From Chiloscyllium plagiosum (Eukaryota), in NCBI RefSeq assembly GCF_004010195.1, contig NC_057718.1, positions 80,362,116 through 80,413,149 on the forward strand: a stretch of DNA of 51,034 nt, written 5' to 3'. Shown one piece after another: positions 50,100 through 51,034 of this stretch (positions are counted from its first letter, which is position 1; the number at the start of each line of letters is the position of its first letter). Under the pieces are notes generated by a model. The model was not told the DNA's origin, did not search any database, and saw nothing but the letters and a program-made list of their open reading frames with translations. The position numbers and the translations under genes are program-made.

Positions 50100-50760
50100 A
50101 ATCAGATAATTTATTAGTATCATGATATATATGCACACCAAGGGTTGGAAAACACCTTAGAGAAGTTGAAAGAGGTATGTTGGTGGCCATGAATGAAAGG
50201 GGACATGGAACATCATGTGAAAACCGGTTTGATATGTGCCCAAAACAACCCTGACAAAAATGCAAAGGAGGGAGTCCTTAGACACATGATGACAGTAGAG
50301 GAGCCCTGGATAAATTTACAAATTGACTTTGTGGTCTTCTACTCCCAACTATGGAAGGATATAAGTATATCCTGATGATAGTAGATACCATCACCAAATG
50401 GGTAGAGGTATTTTCCATTTGAACCGATACTGCTAAAATCACGGCAAAGGTCCCATTAGAATAGGTTTTAACTCATTGGGGTTTATCAAGGAGTATTGAA
50501 TCAGATCAAGGGACACATTTTACAGTCCAGGTGATGCAGAATGTCATGATACTGTTAGGAATACAACAAAGATTCCAGATTTTATGGGCCCCAATCCAGT
50601 AGGATAGTTGAAAGGATGAATCAAACTTTGAAGAATAAGATGGCCAAAATGATGCAACAAAACCAGACCACCTGGTTGCCAGTGTTTCCTTATGTCCCGT
50701 TGATAATAAGACGCACTGTAGCTTACTCAACAGGATTTGCCCGTATAGGTTGATGATGGC
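50100..50760 (+). pseudogene. pol: Integrase remnant (HHCC + DDE)
   Basis: YHDIYAHQG...CWWP*MKGD...GLICAQNNP; PWINLQIDF; IVDTITKWVEVF; IESDQGTHFT; IVERMNQTL. Confidence 0.9.
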
Positions 50761-51034
50761 TTGAGAGTCGAGAGTGTGGTGCTGGAAAAGCACAGCAGGT
50801 TGGGCAGCATCCGAAGAGCAGGAAAATCGACGTTTCAGGCAAAAGCCATTCATCAGGAATGAGACTGGGAGTCTCAGGCATGGAGAGATAAATGGGAGGG
50901 GGTGGGGCTGCAGGGAAGGTAGCTGAGTGTGCAATAGGTGGATATAGGTGGGGGTAAAGGTGATAGGTCAGAGGGAAGGGTGGAGTGGATAGGTGGGAAG
51001 GAAGATGGACAGGTGGGACAGGTCATGGGGACGG
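50761..51034 (-). mobile_element. PLE 3' end interrupting integrase; runs off the window
   Basis: gagtcgagagtgtggtgctggaaaagcacagcagg...cgacgtttcaggcaaaagccattcatcagg (hammerhead-like core 50828-50857). Confidence 0.88.

Larger units (their letters stand above)
42823..50760 (+). mobile_element. Decayed endogenous retrovirus-like provirus, lokiretrovirus-like (LTR-PBS-gag-pro-RT-RH-RH-IN); continues beyond the window
   Basis: All domains are collinear on the + strand (see sub-features); interrupted by PLEs at 43861-45345, 47152-47983 and 50761-end. Confidence 0.85.

Overview
Eukaryotic, AT-rich, repeat-dominated DNA, almost certainly from a cartilaginous fish (HE1-type V-SINEs, HER1/CR1 LINEs and a SacSINE1-like DeuSINE point to a shark). 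No host gene could be recognised. Most ORF-track hits are pieces of decayed transposons: CR1, Rex1/Babar, Tx1 and L2 LINEs, Penelope-like elements (PLEs) whose termini carry minimal hammerhead-ribozyme cores, Tigger/pogo- and Harbinger-type DNA transposons, and a Gmr1-type Gypsy integrase. There is a 953-N assembly gap at 38928-39880. The standout is a decayed endogenous retrovirus-like provirus from ~42823 to beyond the window end. It has a 5' LTR, a PBS-like site, gag (coiled coil + CCHC knuckle), protease, YVDD reverse transcriptase, TWO RNase H-like domains and integrase. Its motifs best fit the lokiretrovirus lineage (sister group of known retroviruses), and it is interrupted by PLE insertions at three sites. 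Family assignments come from manual translation and recalled consensus sequences; no database search was run and element boundaries are approximate.
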